DNA of 64,000 nucleotides, from positions 38,440,001 through 38,504,000 of the forward strand of contig NC_043000.1 of NCBI RefSeq assembly GCF_006345805.1, in the 5' to 3' direction. This stretch comes from Octopus sinensis (taxonomy: Eukaryota). Each line of letters starts with the position of its first letter. Positions within the stretch are counted from its first letter, which is position 1. The notes under the pieces are model-generated. The model was not told the origin of the DNA, ran no database searches, and saw only the letters and a program-made list of their open reading frames with translations. Positions 43,433 to 57,245 of this stretch are shown here, one piece after another. The position numbers and the translations under genes are program-made.

Positions 43433-43499
43433 ATATCGGGTGCGTAATACGTCTCCCCGTGTGATCCAACGAATGCACCAACTAAAACAGCAGGGAAAA
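43433..43499 (-). CDS. Adhesion GPCR, TM4-ECL2 exon
   Basis: gttttccAG ... GTAAGT; 67 bp, phase 1 to 2. Encodes (I)FPAVLVGAFVGSHGETYYAPD(M). Phases match both neighbouring exons. Confidence 0.92.
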
Positions 43500-43695
43500 C
43501 TGGAAAACACCAAAGAATTTAAAGGTTAGCGATATATTATAGATTTTGTATAGCTCTATACGTTTCATTCATTACACTGCGGCCATACTGGGGCACCGCC
43601 TTCAGGAATTTTTGTCGAACCAATCGACCCCTGTACTTATTGTATCGGTCGCATTGGTCGAACCATTAAGTTACGGGTCGTAAATACGCGAACAC

Positions 43696-43735
<40 letters not shown>

Positions 43736-43836
43736 GCACACGCACATACACACACACATATAAATATAGCTTCGGGCTGACCAAAGCGTTGTGAGTGGAT
43801 TCGGTAGACAGGAACTGAAAGAAACCAGTCGTATAC

Positions 43837-43876
<40 letters not shown>

Positions 43877-43908
43877 TGCGTGTGTGTGTATTTGTGCGTG
43901 TACACTTG

Positions 43909-44275
43909 GAGACGCAATGACCCAGTTGTTAAGGCAGCGGACTCGCGGTCATAAGATCGCGGTTTCAATTCCCAGATCGGGTGTTGTGAGTGTTTATTGA
44001 ACGAAAATACCTAGAGCGCCACGAGGTTGAGGCAGGGAGTGGTGATGAACCCTGCTGTAATCTTTCACCACAACTTTCTCTCACTCTTTCTTCCTGTTTC
44101 TTTTGTACCCGTATTTCAAAGGTTCGGCCTTGTTACACTCTATGTCACGCTGAATCACTAAGGGTACACATGGCTGTGGAGTGCTCAGCCACTTGCACGT
44201 TAATTTCACGAGCAGGCTGTTCCGTTGATCGGATCAACTGGAACCCTTGTCGTCGTAACCGACGGAGTGCCACAA
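43909..44275 (+). mobile_element. tRNA-derived SINE family C (OK-type), full length
   Basis: tRNA-like head with A/B boxes; 3' part ...GTGCTCAGCCACTTGCACGTTAATTTCACGAGCAGG...GACGGAGTGCCAC. Related 3' parts occur at ~27240-27503 (+) and ~60718-60990 (-). Confidence 0.85.
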
Positions 44276-44860
44276 TATAGATATATTCTCGCATACATAT
44301 ACATATATATATATACTCGTATGTATATATACGACGGGCTTCTTTCAGTTTCCGCCTACCAGATCCACTCAAAAGGCTTTGGTCGGCCCGAAGCTTTAGT
44401 AGAATACATTTGCTCAAGATGCCACGCAGTGGGACTGAACTTGGTACCATATATTATAGTTGGAGGACAAACTTATGTGCAAGGATTTCTAATGAGATTG
44501 TTGTGTCATTCTTGTTTTGGAGGCGGTGAACTGGTGGAGTCGCTAGAGTCCACTAAAAAAAACGAGTCTCATTTTGGGGAGAAATTTGTGACAAAAATGT
44601 TAGCCAATCAGATCATTCCGTTTCGACACACAGGTATCAAGTTAAAGTTTGTTTTAATTGTCTTTTTTTTTTATAGGAATTAATAAACCGTTGTACACAC
44701 ACACACACACACACAAACACAAACATATATATTCTTATATTATGTGTGTGTATCTACGTGTGTCTGTGTGTGCATGTGTATGGTTATGTATGTATATGTA
44801 TACTTCGGAGCACGGAGATAAGCAGGTATGCTTGAAAAGGACACACTTTGGATTATAATC

Positions 44861-45260
44861 GCCAGCACGGCTGCGTGGTAAGAAGCTTGCTTTCCAACTA
44901 CATGGTTCCGGTCTCAGTCCCACTGCGTGATACCTTCGATGTCTTCTAGTGTAGCCTCGGGCCGACCAAAGCCTTGGGAGTGGATTTGGTTGACGGAAAC
45001 TGAAAGAAGCTCCTCATATATATGTGTGTATTTATATGTGTGTATGTATTTGTGTTTGTCACCTCACCATTGCTTGACAACATATGTTAGTATGTTTACG
45101 TCCCCATAACTTAGCGGTTTGGCAAAAGAGACCGGGAGAATAAGTACTAGGCTTGCATACTAGAATAAATCTTGGGGGTCGATATGTTCGACTAAAGGCG
45201 GTGCTCCAGCATGGCTCATTGAAATGACTGAAACAAGTAAAAGAATAAAAGAATAAAAGA
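44861..45260 (+). mobile_element. SINE family B, full length
   Basis: Family B consensus ending in (AAAAGAAT)n. Confidence 0.88.
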
Positions 45261-45598
45261 ATATACAAATATGCACCCACATGTGTGTGTGTGTTTATCG
45301 TTAAAGGTGCGAAATTGCGTTTGTTCCACCAAATAGTAAATGATAAGGGAGTTGGTGATCTCCTGCGTCTGTTTTTCGTTTGTTTGTGCATTTATTACAT
45401 GTGTTTACCTCATTAGTTAATGACTTTTACTTTATATACATACATATATATATATATGTGTGTGTGTGTGCGTGTGTGTGTATGTGTGTGTGTGTATGTG
45501 TGTGTTTCTCTCCGTCTATCAGATACATTACAACAATGAGTAGAGAGAGAGAGAGAGGGGGAGAAATGGGAGAGAAAAAGAGACATTGAGAGATAAAG

Positions 45599-45652
<54 letters not shown>

Positions 45653-46129
45653 GCCAGAAAGACAGACACATTGTCAAACAGTCAGACAGATAGACGGACA
45701 GACAGACATAGAAAAAGAGAGAGTTTATATTGGTGGAAAATCTGCCTCCTAGACTTTCTATTAACCCGCTCTTCTACAATCAATTATTGCTAGAAATAAG
45801 TCACTCCTTCATCCCCCTTCAGATCGATAAATTAAACGCTAATCAATATATTTGGTTAGGAAAGGGTACCGCTACCTATATATATATTAAAATGAGGAAA
45901 TATAAACAAACAATTCCTCTGAGATATGGCAATGGAATTTAGAGCAGACGATAAATAGATTGACCGCCACATTTAGTCTGCCTACGATCATTAACATAGA
46001 TGCAGACATACGTACGTATGTGTATTGTGAGAATTTACAAAAATCAAAGGACGAAGACGGGTGTGTAAACAAACAACTGATGTATTAGTTTAACGCTCGA
46101 AAAGTGAGGATGTTTTTTTACGTTTCGAA

Positions 46130-46402
46130 CTTCCGATTTATTCTTTGTAAGCCTAGTACTTATTCTATCGGTCATTTTTTCCAAACCGCTAAGTGACGGG
46201 GACGTAAACACACCAGCATCGGTTGTCAAGCGATGCTGGGGGGGGGGGGACAAACACAAACATATACACCCACATACATTTACATATATATATATATATA
46301 TAATATATATATATATATATGCATAAATACGACGGGCTTCTTTCAGTTTCCGTCTGCCAAATCTACTCACAAGCTACTTACCACACAGCCACTGCTGCGC
46401 CT
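46130..46402 (-). mobile_element. SINE family B, internally deleted
   Basis: The head end is joined directly to the central part; the tail is truncated against a Penelope-like repeat. Confidence 0.75.
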
Positions 46403-46485
46403 ATACATACATAAATACATACATAAATACATACATACATACATACATACATACATACATACATTAACATACATACATTAACATA

Positions 46486-47368
46486 CAGGGGTTGGACAAA
46501 ATAATGGAAATACCTAGCATCATAGCATCATAATTTTGAAATATCTATAAAACCGTCAAAACTCGTTTATTTATTTTTTTTTTCATTTATTATTAGTGTT
46601 GCGTAATATGTTTTGGTAAAATTGCTGTTTCTTTTCAGATACCACCAGAAAAAGGTAATTAAAATTCATTAAAATAACACATCTATCAGACTTTCAAAGA
46701 GGCCAAATTGTTGGTCCTCGTATGGCTGGCGCTAGCGTAACGAAAACAGCTGAAATGTTTGGTGTATCAAGAATTGGTCCCTAGATCAGTGGAAGAATGT
46801 TATTTTCTCAAACGAGTCATCCTTTACCTTATTTCCAACCATCTACCGAATATACTGCCTTCTTCCCTCTGTTAAACATGGAGGAGGATCTTTGATGATC
46901 TGGGTGAGGGGCTAAATCCGCCGGCCCAGGTTTCCCTTCATGGCAGAATTAATAGTCAAGGCTCTTTCAAATTCATCCTATGGTTGCGGAACTGTTTCCG
47001 GAGGGAAACGCAATCTTTCAGGGTGATAATGCACCAATTCACACAGCTAAAGTTGTTACTGAATGGCACGATGAACATTTTAGCGAAGTTGAACACCTTA
47101 TCTAGACCCCAAAGTCCCCAGATCTCAATATTATTGAACATTTATGATGCATTTTAGAAAAACAAGTAAGGATTCGATATCCTCCACCATTCTACAAGAA
47201 CTAGAGAATTAGCTGAAGGATGGACAAAAATTCCTTTGGAAACAATCTTTGTACGTGTCCATACCTCGTAGAATTCAAGCTGTAATTACTGCTAAAGGAA
47301 GTCCTACCTCATATCAAAAAAATTTGTTTGAAATGTTAAGGTGCTTTCCTTATTTTGTCCAACCCCTG
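46486..47368 (+). mobile_element. Tc1/mariner DNA transposon, internally deleted, copy 2 (DD36E spacing)
   Basis: TA flanks; TIR CAGGGGTTGGACAAAATAA matched by TTATTTTGTCCAACCCCTG. Same family as 3701-4903. Retains FQGDNAPIH...KSPDLNIIEHL but lacks much of the N-terminal half. Confidence 0.93.
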
Positions 47369-48191
47369 TACGCATACATATATGAGGTGGTGCTGAAAAG
47401 TTCCTGGCTTTTGGTAAAAGAAAATACAGGAGGATCAGTTAATTAGGATGTTATACATCGGCTGAACGAAGAAAATATGGTATAATTCCAAGATCGCTAA
47501 ATAGTGGGTTCGACTGCCGAACAGGCTGCACGTTGTGTTCTTGAGCAAAACACTCCATTTATCGTAACTCCAGGCCACTCAGCTTTAAATGGATCACGCT
47601 GCGGCCGACTAGCCTTCCGATCAAGGGGTGAATGTTGGGCTACACGCTTAATCGGTGAGGTGTCATCAGTAAGAAAGCTAAAGCAACGCGAAGTGCATTG
47701 TGTCCAGCGATGTATAACAACAACTGATACTGATAGTCAGGTCCATCATGTGATATACATGTATGTATGTATGTATGTATGTATGTATGTATGAATTCTT
47801 GCGAGTGACAAATTGAAAAGGCATTTAAAAAAGAGAAAGTTGTCCTGGCTGCTGACAGAAGCAAATGTTATGGTGAGGAATAGCGATACCTTCAGAGCCA
47901 GTCGTCGCGGCACAGCGTTAAGTAGAAGCGCAATGAAATACAGAAAGAGGAAGAGAGCGGTAAATGAGAAAAAGCAACAGCAAAAGACGGAAAATAAATT
48001 GCATACAAGAAATTGAAATATATGGGAGATAACTCATACAGAATTATTTCCCCTGACTCTCGCTCTATTGTAAAAATTACTTCGTTTAACCGGTTTGTAT
48101 TTGTTTATGGTATATGATATTCCCTAACATACAATTTACTTGAAACACTGGAAACCAGGGAGCCGTTATGATAATATTGTATGGTACTTAC

Positions 48192-48360
48192 TCCATCCAA
48201 TGATATAGTATCGCATCAATGAACCTGACTCATTTGAATCTCGATGCGAATGTGCAGAATATGTTATAACTATGTAGAGGTTAAATGCTTCGTTCATGAT
48301 CCAAGAATATGTTGCCAAGAAGAAATAATGAAGAAGGATGGCGAATACTTGACACACAAT
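48192..48360 (-). CDS. Adhesion GPCR, TM3-ICL2-TM4 start exon
   Basis: tatttcAG ... GTAAGT; 169 bp, phase 0 to 1. Encodes IVCQVFAILLHYFFLATYSWIMNEAFNLYIVITYSAHSHRDSNESGSLMRYYIIGW, matching C...LLHYFFL..xWxxxE and YYxxGW. Lies inside ORF 48166..48441. Confidence 0.95.
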
Positions 48361-49094
48361 CTGAAATAGAACAACAGCAAATGAGACAACCGAGTAAATA
48401 CGCATTTTGTCTAAATTATTATTCAAATTCGTTATATACAACTGAAGAGGTATTAAATTAGAATAGTAATGTGTGTATCACACTTAATGCAGATTAATCG
48501 TAAAAAGGTAAATTTAAAGTGGTTTCCGTCAGAGGATAATATCACTTGTAGACGCTAATGATATTGTTTATATTTTTGATCACGGTGTGTTTATACAGGA
48601 TATTATTTCTAGACGAATATGCAAGTGAATTTGCCTTTCACGATGTATCTGTATCTGATAGACAAATGAATGTTTTTGTTTATTTCTACACATTTTCTAT
48701 AGAATTATTTGTAGCCAGCACTGAAATTTATGTATGCAAGACGTTTATGTATACAATGCAATCAAAGATAAGAAAAGAGGAAATGGGTAAAATATAAAAG
48801 ATATTTTCGATTGCATTGTTAACGAAGATACGTCCATACACGAAACGCCGTCAGCGTTGGCAAGAAATAATTCGATGGGAAATCTGTTGGGATACACTGT
48901 AGGGATACGCACTGCTAACAGCAACAAGAAGACTGCGTTGCCTTATAAACCTTTAGTATGGTTGGTAGTAAATTATGATTGACAAACGAAATACCTGCAA
49001 TTAATACAAACGACTAAGTTAAAATTATTGATATATATATATATATATATATCAGATGGGAAGAAAAGGAATTGTTTAAAAAATGCAGTGCAGC

Positions 49095-49235
49095 ACCCAT
49101 GACTTTTGGAAATAGTTTTCCATGCTCAGAATTGTCAAAGCATGGAATAAATTATCCCAGTCAGTTGTTACCTGTCAGGACAGTGTATCCTTAAAAAATT
49201 CCATACTTTTTGAAATTGGCCAACACTACACCTGG
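49095..49235 (+). mobile_element. CR1/L2-like LINE 3' end remnant
   Basis: Degenerate HDFWK*FSMLRIVKAWNKLSQSVV, compared with the FFxxRVxxxWNxLPxxVV motif. Confidence 0.5.
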
Positions 49236-49437
49236 TGTACCGTATCCTCTTTATGACTCTATCATTTGTGCTTTATTCTGTGTACTCTGTACATACTTCT
49301 AACCATCATTGCTTTTTTTTTATTATTGCTTTCTCTCCCCTGTTCTAAAGTTTTCCAATGTGTGCAATTTATTATATATAGTGCAAATAAGCATCGTTAT
49401 TATTATTATCATTATTATTATTATTATTATTATTATT

Positions 49438-50013
<576 letters not shown>

Positions 50014-50040
50014 ATTATAATTATTATTATTATTATTATT

Positions 50041-50394
50041 GCCTTTGCACAACTTCTAACGCTGGAGATGTACTAGGGTGTCATCTATTCACTACCAGTG
50101 AACTAAGGTAACACATGTTTCGAGCACCTTCCGGAGTATTCGAGCAGTTCCAAGCAGTGCTGTTTTCTGCAAGTGCTCCACCCTTATTGCAGCGCCTATT
50201 TATTCCTTATACTTCTCAAGATTTTAACTCACTGTTCACAGAGCTCCGGCAATTATTGGTACTACTGCTACCTTTTTCATCGACCACAACTGCTTAACTT
50301 CCCAAGCTAACCTATTATATTTATCTGCTTTTCTTTCTTTCTTATCGCGTATCATGTTGTCAGCTGGGCATGCTATAGCTATAATCCAGCATAG
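50041..50394 (-). mobile_element. Second, divergent Dong/R4-clade LINE 3' fragment
   Basis: Degenerate CWIIAIACPAD...KADKYNRLAWEVKQLWSMKKVAVVPIIAGAL...LQKTALLGTARILRKVLE. Flanked by (TAA)n/(TGA)n. Confidence 0.78.
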
Positions 50395-50411
50395 TTATTA
50401 TTATTATCTTT

Positions 50412-50501
<90 letters not shown>

Positions 50502-51020
50502 GTTGTTGTTATTACTCAGGAAGCGAGCTGGCAGAATGGTTTGCACGCGGCTCGTCGTAAATAAAATACGAGGTGAATACGCTATGCAATGTGTGAAATA
50601 AAAAAAAATGGGTTCGAATATGCCTCAAGACGAAGCGCCGCTAAGCATTTTGCCCGCGCGGTAACGCCTCTGCCCGCTCCCCACCATAGCTGTCGCAGAA
50701 AATGTCACAAGAGATTTCTTGTGGTAACATTTAGCTACGATAGAATAGAGTCGTATTCAGGAAGACATTTCTTATCATTTTCGGTTTATTGATCTGAAAT
50801 TCAGAGCTGGCAACCGACACAAACTACTATTACTTGATAAAAGAGATATACTTCATATAGTATCTTAGTAAAAAGACGTGTAGCACATCCGGAGTAAAGA
50901 GAGCATGTCATTTATGAAGGCGTGAATGATTGATCGATTTGTAACGGTGGATTTTTAATTGGTGTGGCTACCAATTGTAACGGCAGAGATTTATTAGGTA
51001 CACAATATTATTATATGTGT

Positions 51021-51284
51021 GGAGGCGCAATGGCTCAGTGGTTAGGGCAGCGGACTCGCGGTCGTAGGATCGCGGTTTCGATTCCCAGATCGGGCGTTGT
51101 GAGTGTTTATTGAGCGAAAACACCTAAAGCTCCACGAGGCTCCGGCAGGGATGGTGGTGATTCCTGCTGTACGCTTTCACCACAACTTTCTCTCACTCTT
51201 ACTTCCTGTTTCTCTTGTACCTGTATTTCAAAGGGCCGGCCTTGTCACTCTCTGTGTCACGCTGAATATCCCTGAGAACTACGC
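51021..51284 (+). mobile_element. SINE family C, 3'-truncated
   Basis: A box TGGCTCAGTGG, B box GGTTTCGATTCC; colinear with 43909-44160. Confidence 0.85.
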
Positions 51285-51993
51285 TGTGGTCAACAGATGC
51301 AACGATAAGAGTTTCTTATTAAAGCGGCAAGTTGTAAGATGTGAAAGATGAACAATGCATGAAGTTTTAACAAAGTATTTATTTACCGTTACAATTACCT
51401 TGCCTCGACGGGCAGGTTTGTATGCATCCAAAAGCATGCGAAGTAAAGTTAGCTGCGGTAGAATGTTTCTTTACATAGTTTGACGTATACGAATAGTGAG
51501 TAGTAATCCACAGATAGCGATGGAATATTATTGTAGGAGAACAGAATTAGAGCTAGAAAGAATTGTAGGGTGTTGTATGGAGTAGCTGGTAGGAGTTTTC
51601 ATTTCTCTCGCTGACCATTATATTCTAGCAGTCTTTTCCTTAATTAATTGAGTCGTCACGAACTGCCTCGTTCAGTTGTCGACAAGTCAGTAACTGATTT
51701 TTGCTTGGGGTGTGCATTCTTATATAAGGATCCAGAAGGATAGATATATAATTGAGAACAATAGATTTAGTTGTTCGTCTTGTTATCTATTCTAGCTTTT
51801 GGTGAAGTAGAAGAGGTTAGAAAGGGTCAAGTAGTGAAGACATTATTTCGGCCTAGTTAAAGATATCTGGAAAATATAAACCTGCTGTCAGAGAAAAACC
51901 ATTGTTCCATCGTGGGAAAAGTTCTGTTGCAGTGTTAATTTAAATTTGGCTATAGTGGATCGAATCCACTTCATGCATAAAATATTCACTACA
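51285..51993 (-). mobile_element. Possible solo LTR
   Basis: Begins exactly where SINE C breaks. Termini read TGTAG...CCACA on the minus strand, with a TATA-like CTTATATAAG (~51718) and AATAAA (~51378). No TSD seen. Confidence 0.35.
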
Positions 51994-52318
51994 AATTGAT
52001 CAAACTAATAATCAAACATTTAATTATTTAATCACTTAACCGGCGAAGAATTTTACAAATAGACAATAAAGACGTGATATAGTGCCAGTGCGTGTGTTTA
52101 TTATGGTATAATGACCCCCATACCGCCGAGATACAAAAAATTCTGTTTCAACACACAAGTTCTCATCAAGAATCTTGTAAACCAAATACAATATCGAAAG
52201 AGCTCATAATGTTTAAGAGATAACATGTAACCAACCAACTAACTTTACAGCTCGATAATGTAGTATTTTGGAATAAGAGTCAATAATGTTTAAATGGAAG
52301 ATACCTTAATGAACTTAC

Positions 52319-52418
52319 CTTGTAGTCATATTTATCGATTCCTACCATGAAGACAACTTGACTAAAAACAATACATAAAGAGAGATTTTTGTGAAGTGCG
52401 GCAGTGCTGGACGATGTC
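52319..52418 (-). CDS. Adhesion GPCR, ICL1-TM2 exon
   Basis: tcttttcaacAG ... GTAAGT; 100 bp, phase 2 to 0. Encodes TSSSTAALHKNLSLCIVFSQVVFMVGIDKYDYK, containing the HxNL motif. Confidence 0.93.
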
Positions 52419-52618
52419 CTGTTGAAAAGACAAATCAAAAAGTTTCACCGTGTAAATTTATATGAATATATTTTCACTTGTTATTAAATATGTTTAAAAA
52501 GAGATGAAAATCAAAATCGAAAAGTTAAGTTTTGAAAGGAGATTTCACAACGCAAGTAAAATGATGTTTGTTATAGAAACTGTTGAATGGACTTGGCATA
52601 TGGAGGGATTATTTCTGT

Positions 52619-52783
<165 letters not shown>

Positions 52784-52879
52784 TTTAATGCGGAAGACAT
52801 GCGTTTACCCATTCATAGAATATGAAAGAAAAATAAAAACGGAAAAACAAAAATGGTAACTTTACTAAAATGTTGTTAT

Positions 52880-53265
52880 TTGGTAACAGAAAGGGAGATC
52901 TAACTGGTACCTGGATGATTCGGAGGATTACGGGTTAGCATTGGTCGGATTTTGTATCCAACCAACGATTCTACTCAGAAATTGGGAATGCATTCTGCTG
53001 TGATTGAGGAGCGCCAATTCAAAGTGTTTGGTCATGTTGGTCGATTTTCAGTGTTGGACCCTGGTCACCGTCTTCACTGACGATACGGCTGGGTGGGCAA
53101 TTTGTGTTAGTCGACCCCATGACACAATGCCAGGGTAGATGAGGAGGGATCTTGTGGAGATGGAGACCGACAGGGATTCTGCTTGATAGCTCGCCCGGGA
53201 GGGCCTGGGAATATAGCAACAAACAGGGTCTGCAGTAACGCACTGCAACGGCGCTAACCTGACTT
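52880..53265 (+). mobile_element. Old LINE 3' fragment (RTE-X/L2-like)
   Basis: Frameshifted remnants HWSDFVSNQR, AVIEERQFKVFGHVGRF..DPGHR, GW....SRP, resembling post-RT LINE C-termini. Confidence 0.55.
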
Positions 53266-53784
53266 ATCAAAACTTCCATTGCACCAATTGCGGGTCTTAG
53301 TTGAATGTTAACGTCGAAATCTCTTCAAGAGTCTTTCAAAGAGATGCAGTTATAAAGTTGCAGATGCGTAATATGGCAATGTTGAAATGAGTATTTGTGA
53401 AAAGGAAAATTTGAATAAATCGTAGAATGCCATCTGCCTTGCATCCGTTGGTACTTGGGAGATGATTTGATAATAGCCACAGGAAGGGGACATGACAGTT
53501 AAATGCACCGGTTTATATGTTATTCTCTCTTTAGCACACGCGCGCGCGCACACACACACACGCACACATTCCCTATCTGTCTCTTTCTCTCTCTCCCTTT
53601 CACACACACACGCACACATTCCCTGTCTGTCTGTCTCTCTCTCTCTTTCACACACACACTCACACACGCACACATTCATGTCTCTCTCTCTCACACACTG
53701 TTTCTCTCTCTCACACTCACACACTGTCTCTCTCTCTCACACACACACACACACAATGTCTCTCCCCCTCTCTCTCTCTCTTTG

Positions 53785-53815
<31 letters not shown>

Positions 53816-54356
53816 CACACACACATGCACACACACACTCTCACGTGCATAATGTAACTGCTACGTCACCGTCAACATTTTTCGTTTGACAATTAATTAA
53901 CTTATTCTTCATTAATGAGTATCGAGTAATCCTTCAGATTAATGTTAAATCGTGTTTGTTTACAACGTTATAATTTCTCAAACGGACAACAATTTCTACA
54001 TACACACATACATACATACATACATACATACATACATACATACATGTGTGTATTTATGTTTGTATTTATGTATGTATGTATGTATGTATGTACATATGCA
54101 TACATACGTATGTATGAGTGAGAATTGGCAAAAAAAGCAAAGAAACAGAATGAAGAAAAGAATGAAAGTGAGAAAAGGGGGGGGGGAGTTAAAAGATTTG
54201 GAAAAGAACCCGTTTATGATTTACATCTTCTAAGCATATCAAATTCAAACGTCGTTTCTCGAATGTGGAAAGAATAGGAAAAGGTTCAAGGGAGATGACT
54301 CTGTAAGTTCTCTTCATCTAAGAAAGATAACTCCATAAGTTACCATCCAATTTTAT

Positions 54357-54762
54357 TTATTTTTCTCCACAAGGAGCTAAACATAGAGGGGACGAACAAA
54401 GGCAGACAAAATGTTTAAGTCGTATACATTGACCTCTCTGCATAACTGGTACTTGTTTAATCAAACCGAAAGGATGAAAGGCAAAGTCGACCTCGGCGGA
54501 AATTGAACCCCGAACGTGGAGACAGACGAAATACCTATATCTTTACTACCCTCAAAGAGCTAAACACAGAGAGGACAAACAAGGACAGACAAACAGGTTA
54601 AGTCGATTATATCGACCCCAGTGCGTAACTGGTACTTATTCAATCGACCCCGAAAGGATGAAAAGCAAAGTCGACCTCGCGGAATTTGAACTCAGAACGT
54701 AATGACGGACAAAATACCGCTAAGCATTTCGTCTGGCGTGCTAACGATTCTGCCAGTTCATC
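54357..54762 (-). mobile_element. SINE family A, tandem pair
   Basis: Reverse complement of the family A consensus occurs twice. Confidence 0.82.
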
Positions 54763-55039
54763 GTCCTTGCAAACATTTTGTAATAGAGCGTAATGAAGCA
54801 GATGGAGGCTACTTCCAGTTAATGTCTACGAACATAAATGATAGGTGGGGTTCACATTTAGACAGAAGTGATGCGATTTGGCTATTTCCTTCATTAGTCT
54901 CTAGTTTGACGTAAAGCAAAGTCCACCCTTTATATAAAGAATTTACCTCAGTGGAAGAGCCTTCGGCGCAGGGAATCAAATCTCCGGTCTCACGCCTTCT
55001 CACCAAATATGTCTGTGTATGTCTTCGGATGTGTGCATA

Positions 55040-55082
<43 letters not shown>

Positions 55083-55370
55083 TGTGTGTATGTGTGTGTG
55101 TGTGTGTGTGTGTGCGCGTGTGTGTGTGCGCGTGTGTGTGTGCGCGTGTGTGTGTGCGCGTGTGTGTTCAGAAATTTATCTCCCAACCGCACGATTCTGG
55201 GTTCACTTCGACTGCGTAGTACCTTAGTCAGGGGTCTTATACTATAGCCTCGGGTCGAATAAAATCTTGTGAGGAGTTTGGTGGAAGACCACCATATAAA
55301 TACACACACACACACACACACATACATACATACATACATACACACACACATACATACATACATACATACA

Positions 55371-55401
<31 letters not shown>

Positions 55402-56211
55402 TAAAGTGTCCTATCTTGACTTTAATTTTAAACATAAACTGTGTGTGTGTGTGTGTGTGTGTGTGGGTGTGGGTGTGTGTGTGTGTGTGTGTGTTTGTCC
55501 GGTCTTGTGTATTTTCGTCTCTGTACTATAAATAGAATCGGTACGAGGCTTTAAATTTATTACTGGGATCAATTCGTACAAATTAGACTCCACCAACTTT
55601 GGAACAGGACGTCAGGCCCAGAGTTTATTTTTATAAGCCCCTGGAGTAAGTTGAAGTAATTCCCTTCCTTAAGTATACAACATGCTGCCCGATCTGAAAA
55701 TCGAACCCACGATCTAAAGCTTGTGGGTGCAAGACTCTAAGTACAAAGCTACACATTTTCGTTATATTGTCGCTGGATAGCTATGTTTGTAAAAACTTGT
55801 TACCAGTTCAAATACGTTTCAAACATATTCAAACCCGTGAGAAAGCCATCCGCTTTATTTTGTCAAGGAGAAGATTTCTTTCTGTAGACAAACAGGCGTA
55901 AATACACCTAGTCAACTCACAAGGCCCATTAGAGATTGTAGGATGAATGCATTTCGAAGTGGTTATCTCTTCTTCAGTAGCAGAGACGCGAAAGTAGATG
56001 CTGCGAACTAACATGAAAGGGAAAGGGAGAAGGAGAGAAGACAGACAGCTATTTGTATTCTTTTGAAACTTTTATGTATCTGCTTAGTCTCCAGGAGGTA
56101 TTAAATGTAGCGTAGGGGGGGGGGAAATAAATAAAAATAAAACCATTACATTTCAAAAGATCAGTAAAAATTTTAAAATTTTTTTATGCTGAAATAAATG
56201 ATCAAATTTAC

Positions 56212-56321
56212 CTGAGATAGGTAAGCATTCCAAATGAGATAAGGCAAAGTGCAGCTGATACAGAACAACCTATGTAAGATGCAACATTCATCAAGTTAGG
56301 CCGTTTTTCTCCTTTGTCCCA
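56212..56321 (-). CDS. Adhesion GPCR, TM1 exon
   Basis: Poly-T tract plus gcAG acceptor, GTAAAT donor; 110 bp, phase 0 to 2. Encodes WDKGEKRPNLMNVASYIGCSVSAALCLISFGMLTYL(R), containing the family-B2 TM1 motif SYIGCxxS. Confidence 0.92.
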
Positions 56322-56371
56322 CTGCAAAAAAAAAAAAAAAACAAAACAAATTCAGTCAGGTGAAGTCTATC

Positions 56372-56451
56372 AATGACCTGTCGATTACAAATGAGTTTTA
56401 TTCTTATATTATCATATAAGAATGAGACTCATTAGTAATCGACAAATCATT
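56372..56451. repeat. 80-nt hairpin (38-bp arms, 4-nt loop) in the aGPCR intron
   Basis: Arms 56372-56409 and 56414-56451, with 33/38 Watson-Crick pairs. Confidence 0.9.
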
Positions 56452-56589
56452 AAAAGTGCAATTAACAACTTCAAAGAAACCCGTAGCCAGTATCAGGCAG
56501 CTGAAAGAACTGCCTTAATAAGAAAACTGCAAGAATAAAGTCAATAACAATATCATCACCATCATCACCATCATCACCATCATCACCAC

Positions 56590-56621
<32 letters not shown>

Positions 56622-56638
56622 CCACCACCATCATAATC

Positions 56639-56670
<32 letters not shown>

Positions 56671-57245
56671 CAATCACTGAACATTGATGTCTCCAGTCCT
56701 AGGACTCCTAGAGTCGTTCACTCATTTTCGGTTCCGGGGAGTTTGGTTGCAAAACAGAACCCCTGAAAATTCAAAATTTATCTTTCCTAATGCGCCTATA
56801 AATTACTACATTTCCCCTTACAGTTTCAAGTTTGTAAAGACTGGAATGACCCCTAAAATAATAGTCTTTAAAATATTACAATACAACTGGGTATTGCATG
56901 CAGACAAGGTGTTCCACGAAAAAAAAAAAAAACTTCAATCATTGAAATATCCTTTCTATTCGAATCAATATGGTGGTTAAGATAGAAGAAAAAAAAATAC
57001 AGCAGGGGAAAGGCCAGGATTTGATCTCAGTACTCAGTGATGAAAAAATAAACTACTACTCTACTTTGATTTCATGTTTATATGGGTTAAATGTGAAGAG
57101 GTTTCAAGATGACACAACCGGGTCACTATTGTCCAAAATGGATTAATATTTACAGACAAAGCAGCGCCGTTGATCACATATGATCTACTGACTTTTAGGG
57201 AGGTTTATGGAGCGGTCACGTATCAAGATGGTTCCCTACAGCATA

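Noticed and set aside
51021-51095. tRNA-like sequence with A and B boxes
   Set aside because: No proper acceptor stem, and it continues into the SINE body shared with 43909-44275. It is a SINE head, not a tRNA gene.
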